Shown piece after piece: positions 30,138 to 39,596 of a DNA stretch of 64,000 nucleotides. The stretch spans positions 1 through 64,000 of the forward strand of contig CP045477.1 of the NCBI GenBank assembly GCA_009392915.1, read 5' to 3'. This stretch comes from Candidatus Forterrea multitransposorum CG_2015-17_Forterrea_25_41. GTDB taxonomy: Archaea; Iainarchaeota; Iainarchaeia; Iainarchaeales; CSSED10-239. The notes below the pieces were generated by a model, which searched no databases, was not told where the DNA came from, and was given only the letters and a program-made list of their open reading frames with translations. Numbering within the stretch: position 1 is the stretch's first letter; each line of letters begins with the position of its first letter. Position numbers and translations under genes: made by a program.

Positions 30138-30236
30138 AAATTTCTAAACTTAACTATAATTTTTCTCTTTTTTCTTTTTTAGGTTATGCAAAGCATGCAA
30201 ACTCTTATAATCTCTTAAGTACTTTAAATATTAATG
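30138..30236 (+). repeat. 99-bp direct repeat, copy 2 (duplicated RT 3' end)
   Basis: Identical to 28589-28687; here it reads ...INGFIV* instead of the RT's ...INEL*. Confidence 0.85.
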
Positions 30237-30336
30237 GTTTTATAGTGTAGATTCTCTTTGCATTAAAAATATTGTTTTTGAAAAAAACAAAGCTTTAAAT
30301 TTTGTTTATTTATATAATATATTAGGTGAAAGCAAT

Positions 30337-30549
30337 ATGAAATATAGAGTTTTAATAGAACAAGACGAAGATGGTATCTTTGTTGCTGAATGCCCTAGTC
30401 TTCCAGGTGCAATTTCTCAAGGAAAAACAAGAGAAGAAGCAATAATAAATATTAAAGAAGCCATAAAAGGTTATCTTGAAAGTTTAAAGATAGCTAATGA
30501 ACCAATTCCTTCTCCAATATCTGAAGAAATAATTGATATTTATGGATAA
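30337..30549 (+). CDS. hicB: HicB-family antitoxin (UPF0150)
   Basis: MKYRVLIEQDEDGIFVAECPSLPGAISQGKTREEAIINIKEAI is a classic HicB/UPF0150 fold signature; overlaps hicA by 17 nt. Confidence 0.7.
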   Translation: MKYRVLIEQDEDGIFVAECPSLPGAISQGKTREEAIINIKEAIKGYLESLKIANEPIPSPISEEIIDIYG

Positions 30550-30766
30550 ACTGCCTATTATATCTGGTCAAGATTTAATCAAATTACTTCTAAAATTAGA
30601 TTATCAAGTTCATCATCAAACTGGATCACATATTATCTTAAGACAAAATAAAGAACCTTTTAGAAGATTAACAATTCCAAACCATAAAGAAATTTCAATA
30701 GGGACTTTAAGAGCAATTATAAGGCAAGTTGGAATAACAAGAGAAGAATTTGTTAAATTATTCTAA
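30533..30766 (+). CDS. hicA: HicA-family mRNA interferase toxin
   Basis: QTGSHIILRQ ... motif of the HicA/YcfA family; 77 aa. Confidence 0.7.
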   Translation: MIFMDKLPIISGQDLIKLLLKLDYQVHHQTGSHIILRQNKEPFRRLTIPNHKEISIGTLRAIIRQVGITREEFVKLF

Positions 30767-31041
30767 ATTAAATTGTTCTTTTAATTATTATTTTTAATTT
30801 TTTTAAAGTAAAATAAATAATTTTTAACCTAATTTAAATGTTTTTAAGTAATTTATAATATTTTTTTAATTTACTACATAAAAACAAATCTTTTTAAGCA
30901 ATTCGGTCTATAATTATATTATATAAAAAATCTACTTTTATAAATATCCTATTTTTTGCGGCTGTTTTAATTATTAAAAACAGTAGTAGATAGGTTATTG
31001 ATTTTTAGTTTCTATGATTAGAAGACAAGAGGTTAATTAAC

Positions 31042-31719
31042 ATGATAAAAACAAAAGATATTATTGAAATTGATCTAATTTTAAAAGATGTAAATACTAA
31101 TGAAATTTTAGATACTACAAAAAAAGAAATTGCGAAAGAAAATAATTTAAATTTAAAAAATGAATATAAACCTTTAAATTATGTTTTTGGTACTGGAGAA
31201 CTTTTAAAAGGTATTGAAGATAATATTTCTGATTTAGAAGTTTCTAAAACAAAAACATTTGTTTTAAAAAAAGAACAAGCTTTCAAAGATAAAGACCCTA
31301 AAAAAATAGAATTAGTTTCTTTAAATGAATTTAAAAAAGAAAATGTAAGACCAGAAGTTGGTTTATTTGTAAATATTGGAAATAGATCTGGAAAAATAAT
31401 TTCTGTTTCTGGTGGAAGAGTTAAAGTTGATTTTAATCCTATTTATGCAGGAAGAGATTTAGAATATACTGTAACAATAAATAAAGTTATTTCTAAAGAT
31501 TCTGATAAACTTCCTTTACTTTTAGAAAAGGCATTTTATTTTATGCCAAAAGAACAAATTAATTTAATTTCTAAAGAAGATGAAATTGAAGTTGAAATGC
31601 CTTTAGGTGTTCCTCAAGAAATTGATTATTTTAAACAATTTTTTGCAAAACTAGTTTTTGATTCAACTAATTATGAAAATGTTAAGTTTGTTCAAAAATT
31701 AACTAAGAAAAAAGGGTGA
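31042..31719 (+). CDS. FKBP-type peptidyl-prolyl cis-trans isomerase (SlyD-like with insert domain)
   Basis: LNYVFGTGELLKGIED and VDFNPIYAGRDLEYTVTI motifs typical of archaeal FKBPs. Confidence 0.65.
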   Translation: MIKTKDIIEIDLILKDVNTNEILDTTKKEIAKENNLNLKNEYKPLNYVFGTGELLKGIEDNISDLEVSKTKTFVLKKEQAFKDKDPKKIELVSLNEFKKENVRPEVGLFVNIGNRSGKIISVSGGRVKVDFNPIYAGRDLEYTVTINKVISKDSDKLPLLLEKAFYFMPKEQINLISKEDEIEVEMPLGVPQEIDYFKQFFAKLVFDSTNYENVKFVQKLTKKKG

Positions 31720-31725
31720 ATTATT

Positions 31726-32331
31726 TTGAATGATAAAACATTAAAAACAGGTACAACAACAGTTGGAATTGTTGCAAAAGATGGTATTGTTTTAGCAGCT
31801 GATATGCAAGCTACAATGGGTAATTTAGCAGTTAATAATAATACTACTAAAATATACAAAATTAATGATTCTATTGCAATGACAATTGCAGGTTCTGTAG
31901 GGGATGCTATGGTTTTAATTAGATATCTTCAAAATCATGCAAATCTTTATGAACTTGAACATAAGAGGGCTTTAAGTACAAAATCATGTGTAACTCTTTT
32001 GTCAAATATTTTAAATTCTAGTAAAATGCTTCCGTTCTATTCTCAATTAATTCTTGCAGGAGCAGATCAAGAACTTTATTCTCTAGATATGCTTGGAGGA
32101 TTTTCAAAAGAAGATAATTTTTCATTTTCAGGTTCAGGTTCAGAACTTGCTTTAAGTGCACTTGATAAAGGTTATAAATCTAATATTTCTATTAAGGATA
32201 CTATTGAACTTGCAAAAGAAGCTATTACTTCTGCTAAGAAAAGAGATGTTTTTACTGGCGGAGATGGAATAAAAGTTGTAATTATTAAAAAAGATGGTAT
32301 TGAAGAACTACCTATTGAAAAATACAAATAG
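31726..32331 (+). CDS. psmB: Proteasome beta subunit
   Basis: TGTTTVGIVAKDGIVLAADMQAT, with the catalytic Thr after the propeptide; 201 aa. Confidence 0.85.
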   Translation: MNDKTLKTGTTTVGIVAKDGIVLAADMQATMGNLAVNNNTTKIYKINDSIAMTIAGSVGDAMVLIRYLQNHANLYELEHKRALSTKSCVTLLSNILNSSKMLPFYSQLILAGADQELYSLDMLGGFSKEDNFSFSGSGSELALSALDKGYKSNISIKDTIELAKEAITSAKKRDVFTGGDGIKVVIIKKDGIEELPIEKYK

Positions 32332-32483
32332 TTCTTTTTTTATTTTTTTTTAAAAATTACTTTTAAATTTTTTATACTTTATAATCTTTATATTTATTTT
32401 AAATAAATTATAAAGAAAATTAATCTAAATTATACAATTAAATATATGATATTTATACTTTTTTAAAAATAATGTGAACAAAT

Positions 32484-34376
32484 ATGGACTTATTCGATAA
32501 TATTAAAAAACAAATTTCTTCTCTCTTAAATGAGAAAAAAATGTCGTTTTCAAAGATAGAACCTGAAGCTTCAGAGATTGCTATCTATACAAATGACCCT
32601 TATTCTTTTTTCAGTAATAAAACAATTGTTGGTGAAATTGCTGATAAATTTAAAAAAAGAATTAACATTAGAACTGAAAAATCATCTCTTATGGATTCAG
32701 CTGAAGCCTATAATAAAATAAAAGAAATAATTCCAGAAGATGCTGGTATTAAATCAATTGCTTTTGATGGAGTTTTTTCAGAAGTTGTAATTGAAGCAGA
32801 TAAGCCTGGTGTAGTTATTGGAAAACAAGGAGATGTTTCAAAATCAATTATAAAAGAAACAAAATGGATTCCAAAAATATTAAGAGCACCACTTGAACCT
32901 TCTGAAATAATTAAAAAAATAAGAGGGTATGCAATTAAAAATAATACTGAAAGAAGACAATTTCTAAAAGAAGTTGCAAAAAAAATATATTCTCCTCCTG
33001 TTAGTAATAAAGAATGGGTTAGAATGACAGCTCTTGGTGGTTTTAGAGAAGTTGGAAGAAGTGCTATACTTTTAGAAACTCCTGATACAAAAATACTTTT
33101 AGATTGTGGAATTAATCCTGCAGATAAAAATGAAGAAGCACCTTTCTTTGGTGTTATAAGATTTCCTTTAGATGAACTTGATGCTGTAGTAATTACACAC
33201 GCTCACATAGATCACGTAGGATTTTTACCATATCTTTTTAGAGCAGGTTATAGAGGTCCTGTATATTGTACAGAACCTACAAAAGATATTATGGCTCTTT
33301 TACTTTTAGATGCAATTTCAGTTTCTGAAAAAACAGGTAGAGAAGCTCTTTATGGAGAAGAAGATGTTAAGGAAGTTATAAAACACTGTATAACTAAAAA
33401 CTTTAGAGAAGTTACAGATATCGCTCCTGGAATAAGACTTACTTTCCATAATTCAGCACATATTTTAGGTTCTGCTTCTGCACACTTACATATAGGTGAT
33501 GGAAAACATAACTTAGTTTATTCTGCAGATATTAAATATGGTTTTACAAGATTATATAACAATATGGATGCAAATTATCCTAGAGTAGATACTTTAATTT
33601 TAGAAAGTACTTATGGTGGTAAACCATTAAATCCTTCTAGAAATAAATCAGAAGATCGTTTAATAGAAGTTTTAAATGAAACACATGATAAAGGAGGAAT
33701 TACTTTAATTCCTGTTTTTTCTGTAGGTCGTGCTCAAGAAGTTATGATTGTTTTAGAAGAATATTTTAGACGTGGAAAATTAAAAGCAGAAAATGTTTTT
33801 ATAGATGGTATGACAAGAGAAGCTTCTTTAATACATACTGTTTATCCTGAATATTTAAAAATGAATATTAAAACTAGAGTTTTACAAAATAATTCTCCAT
33901 TTTCTTCAAAACTTTTTAGATCAGTTGATTATGAAGAAAATTCTAGAGAAAATGTTTTAAATTCTCCTGGTTCAATTATTATAGCATCATCAGGTATGCT
34001 TACAGGTGGACCTTCAGTTGCATATTTTAATGAACTTGCAGATAACCCTAATAATTCTTTAGTTTTTGTTGGTTATCAAGCAAGAAATAGTTTAGGACAA
34101 AAGGTGCAAAAAGGTTTAAAATCAATGATTATTAATGATTCTAAAGGAAAAACAAAAACATTAAATGTTAATCTTAGAATTGAAACTATTGATGCCTTTT
34201 CAGGTCACGCTTATCGTCAAGAGTTACTAAATTATGTTACAAGTTTAAATCCTAAACCAAAAACAATTTTAGTAAATCACGGTGATTCTTGTCCTGAATT
34301 TGCAAGATTTGTTGCAAAGAAATTCCATATTAATACACTTTCAATTCAAAATTTAGAGAGTGTTAGATTAAGGTAA
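32484..34376 (+). CDS. Archaeal CPSF1 homolog (KH domains plus MBL plus beta-CASP ribonuclease)
   Basis: N-terminal KH region, MBL motif HAHIDHVGFLP, beta-CASP region, ~630 aa typical of aCPSF1. Confidence 0.8.
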   Translation: MDLFDNIKKQISSLLNEKKMSFSKIEPEASEIAIYTNDPYSFFSNKTIVGEIADKFKKRINIRTEKSSLMDSAEAYNKIKEIIPEDAGIKSIAFDGVFSEVVIEADKPGVVIGKQGDVSKSIIKETKWIPKILRAPLEPSEIIKKIRGYAIKNNTERRQFLKEVAKKIYSPPVSNKEWVRMTALGGFREVGRSAILLETPDTKILLDCGINPADKNEEAPFFGVIRFPLDELDAVVITHAHIDHVGFLPYLFRAGYRGPVYCTEPTKDIMALLLLDAISVSEKTGREALYGEEDVKEVIKHCITKNFREVTDIAPGIRLTFHNSAHILGSASAHLHIGDGKHNLVYSADIKYGFTRLYNNMDANYPRVDTLILESTYGGKPLNPSRNKSEDRLIEVLNETHDKGGITLIPVFSVGRAQEVMIVLEEYFRRGKLKAENVFIDGMTREASLIHTVYPEYLKMNIKTRVLQNNSPFSSKLFRSVDYEENSRENVLNSPGSIIIASSGMLTGGPSVAYFNELADNPNNSLVFVGYQARNSLGQKVQKGLKSMIINDSKGKTKTLNVNLRIETIDAFSGHAYRQELLNYVTSLNPKPKTILVNHGDSCPEFARFVAKKFHINTLSIQNLESVRLR

Positions 34377-34382
34377 GGTATT

Positions 34383-34877
34383 ATGTATTTTGTAATAACA
34401 GGTTCTGTTGCAAGCGGTAAAACTACGCTTGCACAAGAAGTTAAAAAAAAATTTCCTTTTCAAAAGTTTTTAGTTGTTAATGATAAAGATTTTTCTAAAG
34501 AAAATAATATTGCTATCTTAAATGAAGAAACAAAAGAATATGAAATAGATACTTCACTTCTTTCAAAAAAATGTTTAGAACTTTTAAAAAAGAAAAAAAA
34601 TATTATTTTTGAAGGACATTTGTTTTGTGAAGTTTCTAAACTTTTTTTAAAAAAAATGGATTTTGTTTTTTTATTATTATCTTCTGAAAAATTATTAAGA
34701 GATAGAATGTCTGAGAGAAATTATTCTGTTTTAAAAATTGAAGAAAATATTCTTTGTCATAAGACAAGTTATTTTCAAGAAAAATTAAATTCTAAAAAAA
34801 TAGATTATATTCCTATAGAGGTTTCAAAAGACCTTAAATTAAATTTAAAAAAAATAAATAAATATTTAAAATTATAA
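34383..34877 (+). CDS. P-loop NTPase / nucleoside(-monophosphate) kinase-like protein
   Basis: Walker A ITGSVASGKTTLA at the N-terminus; 164 aa. Confidence 0.4.
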   Translation: MYFVITGSVASGKTTLAQEVKKKFPFQKFLVVNDKDFSKENNIAILNEETKEYEIDTSLLSKKCLELLKKKKNIIFEGHLFCEVSKLFLKKMDFVFLLLSSEKLLRDRMSERNYSVLKIEENILCHKTSYFQEKLNSKKIDYIPIEVSKDLKLNLKKINKYLKL

Positions 34878-34890
34878 AATGTGATAAAAA

Positions 34891-35724
34891 ATGGTTCAAG
34901 CATTAGTTTCTGCAAAAACACAAACTGTTAAAGAAATTAAAAAGAAATCTTCTATTAAAAGAAGAAATAAATTAATTGTTAAATTGATTTTAATAACTAT
35001 TGTTGCAATATTAATTGCATTGATATTAAGCAAAATAGTTGTTGAAACAAGAACTTCTTTTACAAATAATGATATTGACTTTAAATCAGTAAACTTTCAT
35101 ATACATGAAGGTTTTGAAATATTTGGAACTGATAAAAATTATTTATTAGTTTTTAATTACTATTACCAAGATACAAATTATTTATCTTCAGTAATTGATG
35201 GCCTTGTATTTTCTCAATCCATGCTTTCTGCTAAAAATAAAAATACAATTCTTTTAATTTCTGTAATTGATAATGAAAATAATCTTCTTTATTGTCAATC
35301 AAATAATGGAAATGTTTTAGAAAATATTGAACTTACAAGTGAAGAATGTTTATCTCTTTTAGATACTAATCATTCTGTAATTATGGTTAATTATCCTTTT
35401 GGAGATGTTGAAAAATCAGAAGTTGTTTTAAATTTAAATGAAAAATTATTATTAATTAATCCTAAATCAAAAGAATTTGTTTATGACTCTTTATATGTTT
35501 CTTTTAATCAAATGTATAAAGATGCTAAAATGATTGAAGATTCTTTAACAGATATTCAAAATAAATTAAGCACTTCTAAAGAAAAGTCTTTGGTTGATAA
35601 AAATATTATTGATGAAAATATTGTTGATGAAAACTTTTATGATCAAAATATTTTAATTGATGAAAATTTTTCTGATGATAATTCTTTAAACGATGATAAC
35701 TTTTCACAAGATATTAATAATTAA
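34891..35724 (+). CDS. Membrane-anchored hypothetical protein with C-terminal acidic D-E-N repeats
   Basis: N-terminal TM helix; C-terminal degenerate repeats IDENIVDENFYDQNILIDENFSDDNSLNDDNF. Confidence 0.3.
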   Translation: MVQALVSAKTQTVKEIKKKSSIKRRNKLIVKLILITIVAILIALILSKIVVETRTSFTNNDIDFKSVNFHIHEGFEIFGTDKNYLLVFNYYYQDTNYLSSVIDGLVFSQSMLSAKNKNTILLISVIDNENNLLYCQSNNGNVLENIELTSEECLSLLDTNHSVIMVNYPFGDVEKSEVVLNLNEKLLLINPKSKEFVYDSLYVSFNQMYKDAKMIEDSLTDIQNKLSTSKEKSLVDKNIIDENIVDENFYDQNILIDENFSDDNSLNDDNFSQDINN

Positions 35725-35786
35725 ATATTTTTTTAAAAATAACTTTATAAAACAATTTATATTGTTTATGTTCTATAATTATAATT

Positions 35787-37157
35787 ATGTCTTCAATAAA
35801 TCTTGATAAATCAAAAGTATCAATTTATAGAGATACTAGAAAGAAATTACTTTCTCAAATCAAACCTAGTACTTCTCAAAATATAAAAGAAAAAAGATTT
35901 ATTGATAATGTTATTAAAAAAATAGAAAAGATGCCAGGACCACATTTATCTGCTGTTTGTGCAGGTTCTTTTGGAAAAGGTACTAATTTAAAAGATACAA
36001 AAGATTTTGATGTTTTTGTAATTTATCCTCCTTCTCTTGAAAAAACAAAATTTATTGAAGAAGGTTTAATGTTAGGTCAAAAAGCTTTTAAAGGATATTT
36101 TTGGGAAAAAGCATATTCTCAACATCCTTATATAAGAGGTGTAATTGACGGACATAAAGTTGAAGTTGTGCCTGCATATAAAATAGAACCTAATGAACCT
36201 ATAATTTCTGCAGTTGATAGAACTGTTTTACATTTAATGTTTGTTTTAAAAAATATGTCTGAAACACAAAAAGATGAAACTAGACTTTTAAAATATTTTT
36301 TAAAACAAATAGGGTCTTATGGTGCAGATACTTCTGTATCTGGATTTTCTGGTTATTTATGTGAACTTTTAATTCTATTTTATGGAGATTTTATAACTGT
36401 TTTAGAGAATGCTTCAAATTGGCAATATCCTATAAAATTTACTTTACTTAAAGAACAACATGTTAACTTAGCAAGATTTTCTGAAAGCTTAGTTGTAATT
36501 GATCCTATTGATGATACTAGAAATGTAGCATCTGCTGTAAGTTTAAAACAATTAAGTTTATTTATAGCTTCTTCAAGAAAATTTTTAGAAAATCCTTCTA
36601 TTGATTTCTTTAATACTAAAGTTATTCCAAAAGTTACATATCATCAATTAATAGGGAAACTTGAAAATTTTTCACTAGTAATTGTAAGTTTTGAAGTAAA
36701 AGATATGTTAAAAGAAATTATTTGGTCTAAAGTTAAAAGTAATACTTCAAAGTTAATTACTCATTTAGAATTTTCTGATTTTGATATTTTAAAATATGAA
36801 GTTTATCATAAAGAAGGTCAAGATAGATGTTATCTTGTATTATTATTAAATACTTTAGAACTTCCTAAATTTAAAAAAATTAATGGACCTTTAGTTTCTG
36901 ATTTTAAAAGTTCTCAAAATTATTTAACTAATAATCGTTCTGTACTTGGTCCATATATTAAAGAAGATAGATGGTATGTTGTAAGAAAAAGAGATAAAAC
37001 TTCTGCAAAGGCAATAATTTTAGATTTCTCACAAGTCTTTAATTTAAAATCTAAGATTTATTCTGGAACAGAGATCAATGATTTATTTTTAGAAGATGAT
37101 GACTTATCTGAATATTTAACTGATTTTTTTATTACTAAAGAGAAATTTTTAATTTAA
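35787..37157 (+). CDS. cca: CCA-adding enzyme (archaeal class I tRNA nucleotidyltransferase)
   Basis: Nucleotidyltransferase motif GSFGKGTNLKDTKDFDVFV; ~450 aa typical of archaeal CCA enzymes. Confidence 0.7.
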   Translation: MSSINLDKSKVSIYRDTRKKLLSQIKPSTSQNIKEKRFIDNVIKKIEKMPGPHLSAVCAGSFGKGTNLKDTKDFDVFVIYPPSLEKTKFIEEGLMLGQKAFKGYFWEKAYSQHPYIRGVIDGHKVEVVPAYKIEPNEPIISAVDRTVLHLMFVLKNMSETQKDETRLLKYFLKQIGSYGADTSVSGFSGYLCELLILFYGDFITVLENASNWQYPIKFTLLKEQHVNLARFSESLVVIDPIDDTRNVASAVSLKQLSLFIASSRKFLENPSIDFFNTKVIPKVTYHQLIGKLENFSLVIVSFEVKDMLKEIIWSKVKSNTSKLITHLEFSDFDILKYEVYHKEGQDRCYLVLLLNTLELPKFKKINGPLVSDFKSSQNYLTNNRSVLGPYIKEDRWYVVRKRDKTSAKAIILDFSQVFNLKSKIYSGTEINDLFLEDDDLSEYLTDFFITKEKFLI

Positions 37158-37617
37158 TTTTTTTAGTTATATATAAGTTAATTATTTAATATTAATATCT
37201 TATTTTTTCCTTTTTTATCCTAAGTAATTATAATCTGGTATGTTATTTTAGATTAAGGTGTTTTTTTTTGTACACTTATTTAGGGTTAATATATATATAT
37301 TACACAAATTATAGTTATATTGGATTTGAGACCTTGGAGACAAGTAGTTTCCTAAAGAATGATTTTCAGGTGAGTTTTTTCATCTAGGAGGTGGTGATAA
37401 AGTAATATGACGATAAACGACTCGAACGATAGTTAGGGAAGCAAACCCAAACCAGGTTTATATGGTAAACTGATGTGATTTGAAGGCTTCCCTATCTTTA
37501 ACAAATATTTTTTCTATTTCTCTAATTTTATTTAAATTCTATAAGCTTTATATATCTTTTCTATATATATTATATATATAGTACCTTTTTTTTATCAAAG
37601 ACTATATGGTAAAAAAT

Positions 37618-37699
37618 GCAGAGGTGGCGGAGTGGTCAAACGCGCCAGCCTTGAGAGCTGGAGCCTTGCGCTACACGAGTTCGAATCTCGTCCTCTGCG
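37618..37699 (+). tRNA. tRNA-Ser (anticodon UGA)
   Basis: Cloverleaf with acceptor stem GCAGAGG/CCTCTGC, anticodon loop CUUGAGA, long variable arm, T-arm ACGAG-TTCGAAT-CTCGT; no encoded CCA. Confidence 0.8.
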
Positions 37700-37730
37700 C
37701 TTTATCTTTTAAAATATAGGAATTTTTATT

Positions 37731-38063
37731 ATGATTAAAGAAAACATTTCTTTTCAAGATTTTTTAAAACTTGATATAAGAATTGGAACAATTGTTGAGG
37801 CTGAAGCTGTTGAGGGTTCTGATAAATTAATAAAATTAATAATTGATTTTAAAGATTTTAAAAGACAGATTTTAGCTGGTATTAAAACAAAATATCAACC
37901 AACTGATTTATTAAACAAACAAATTCCTGTTATTGTAAATTTAGAACCTAGAAAAATGATGGGTTTTGAAAGTCAAGGAATGATCTTAGCTGTTGGAGAT
38001 AAAACTTTAGATGCTTTACTTTTACCATCTGAGCCTGTATCGGAAGGCTCGATTGTACACTAA
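37731..38063 (+). CDS. tRNA-binding domain protein (CsaA/Trbp111/EMAP-like OB fold)
   Basis: LDIRIGTIVEAEAVEGSDKL ... PVIVNLEPRKMMGFESQGMILAV is the canonical Myf/tRNA-binding domain signature; 110 aa. Confidence 0.75.
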   Translation: MIKENISFQDFLKLDIRIGTIVEAEAVEGSDKLIKLIIDFKDFKRQILAGIKTKYQPTDLLNKQIPVIVNLEPRKMMGFESQGMILAVGDKTLDALLLPSEPVSEGSIVH

Positions 38064-38084
38064 TTTTTTTTTAAAACTAAAAAT

Positions 38085-38166
38085 GCAGAGGTGGCGGAGT
38101 GGTCAAACGCGCAAGCCTGGAAAGCTTGAGCCTCGTGCTACGCGAGTTCGAATCTCGTCCTCTGCG
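38085..38166 (+). tRNA. tRNA-Ser (anticodon GGA)
   Basis: Near-identical backbone to tRNA-Ser(UGA); anticodon loop CUGGAAA. Confidence 0.8.
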
Positions 38167-38197
38167 CTTTTTTCTTTTTTAATTTAATATTTATTTT

Positions 38198-38286
38198 GCA
38201 GAGATGGCGGAGTGGTCAAACGCACAAGTTTCGAAAACTTGATTAAGGTTTTTTCCTTTACATGAGTTCAAATCTCATTCTCTGCG
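38198..38286 (+). tRNA. tRNA-Ser (anticodon CGA)
   Basis: Acceptor GCAGAGA/TCTCTGC, anticodon loop UUCGAAA, ~20-nt variable arm with AAGG/CCTT stem, T-arm ATGAG-TTCAAAT-CTCAT. Confidence 0.7.
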
Positions 38287-38462
38287 TAGCTGGTTTCGGT
38301 CAGCTAGCACCCAATGATTTTGCGTTTGTTAACGCTTATTTAAACTTTCTTTTTAAAAGAAGTGATTTTCCCCCAAAACTTTTTTTCTTTAAAAATTGTG
38401 TTTTAAAAATTTTTAATCTATTTTATATCTATTTAAAATACTTTTGCCTCTCTTTAATATTT

Positions 38463-39584
38463 ATGACTGAAAAAATGATTGTAAATCCATACCAAGTAGA
38501 AGGAGAAGTTGATTACCAAAGACTTGTAAAAGAATTTGGTCTTCAAGAAATAACTCCTGAAATTTTAGAAAAAATAAAACAAATAACTAAAGGTCTTCAT
38601 CCAATGTTAAAGAGAAAAATCTTTTTTGCACATAGAGACCTTAACTGGGTGTTAGATGAATATCTAAAAGGAAATAAATTTTTTCTATATACAGGTTGTG
38701 GTCCATCAGGTCCAATCCATCTAGGGCATGCATTAGTATGGTATTTTACAAAATACTTACAAGATACTTTTGATGTTGAATTATATTTTCAGTTTACAGA
38801 TGATGAAAAATTTTTATACAAAGATAAACCTTATGAAGAAATACAAAAATGGGTCTATGAAAACATGCTTGATGTTATAGCTATAGGTTTTGACCCTAAA
38901 AAAACATTTTTCATAGTAGACACAAAGCATGCTGGTCTTCTTTACCCAGAGGCAATAAAGGTTGCAAAGAAATTAACTTTTTCAACAGTTAAATCTTCTT
39001 TTGGTTTTACAGATAGCAATAATGTTGGATCTATTTTTTATACCTCTATGCAAGCAGTTCCTTCTTTTTTGCCATCAGTTTTAAAAAAGAAAAACATTCC
39101 TTGCCTTATTCCTCATGCAATAGATCAAGATAATCATTTTAGAATAACAAGAGATATTTTACCAAAGCTTGGTTTTTATAAACCTGCAAGCATACAATGT
39201 TCTTTTCTTCCTCCATTAACAGGAGCTTTTGGAAAAATGAGTAGTACTGGAGAAGCTAAAGGAATATTCATGACAGACTCTCCAAAAGAGATTAAAGATA
39301 AAATAAATAAATATGCCTTCTCTGGAGGACAACCAACTTTAGAAGAACATAGAGAAAAAGGTGGAAACACAGAGATTGACATTCCTTTCCAATATTTAAA
39401 ATATCTTTTCGAAGAGGATGATGAAAAATTAGCAGAGATTGAAAAAGATTATTCTTCTGGAAAGATGTTAACTGGAGAGATTAAAAAATATTTAATTGAT
39501 AAAATAACTGCTTTCCTTTTAGCTCATCAAGAAAGAAGAAAAGATGCTCACAAGAAAATAGATGATTTTCTTTTAAAGGTTTAA
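38463..39584 (+). CDS. trpS: Tryptophanyl-tRNA synthetase (class I aaRS; Trp versus Tyr not fully resolved)
   Basis: HIGH-type motif GCGPSGPIHLGH and KMSKS-type motif KMSSTGE; 373 aa counted from the Met at 38463 (the upstream part of the reported ORF overlaps the tRNA and is not coding). Confidence 0.65.
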   Translation: MTEKMIVNPYQVEGEVDYQRLVKEFGLQEITPEILEKIKQITKGLHPMLKRKIFFAHRDLNWVLDEYLKGNKFFLYTGCGPSGPIHLGHALVWYFTKYLQDTFDVELYFQFTDDEKFLYKDKPYEEIQKWVYENMLDVIAIGFDPKKTFFIVDTKHAGLLYPEAIKVAKKLTFSTVKSSFGFTDSNNVGSIFYTSMQAVPSFLPSVLKKKNIPCLIPHAIDQDNHFRITRDILPKLGFYKPASIQCSFLPPLTGAFGKMSSTGEAKGIFMTDSPKEIKDKINKYAFSGGQPTLEEHREKGGNTEIDIPFQYLKYLFEEDDEKLAEIEKDYSSGKMLTGEIKKYLIDKITAFLLAHQERRKDAHKKIDDFLLKV

Positions 39585-39596
39585 ATTAGGTGTTTT

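Noticed and set aside
38262-38462. 5' part of the reported 440-aa ORF overlapping tRNA-Ser(CGA)
   Set aside because: It overlaps the tRNA and encodes low-complexity hydrophobic sequence. The aaRS homology (HIGH motif region) begins after the Met at 38463, so the CDS was trimmed to 38463-39584.
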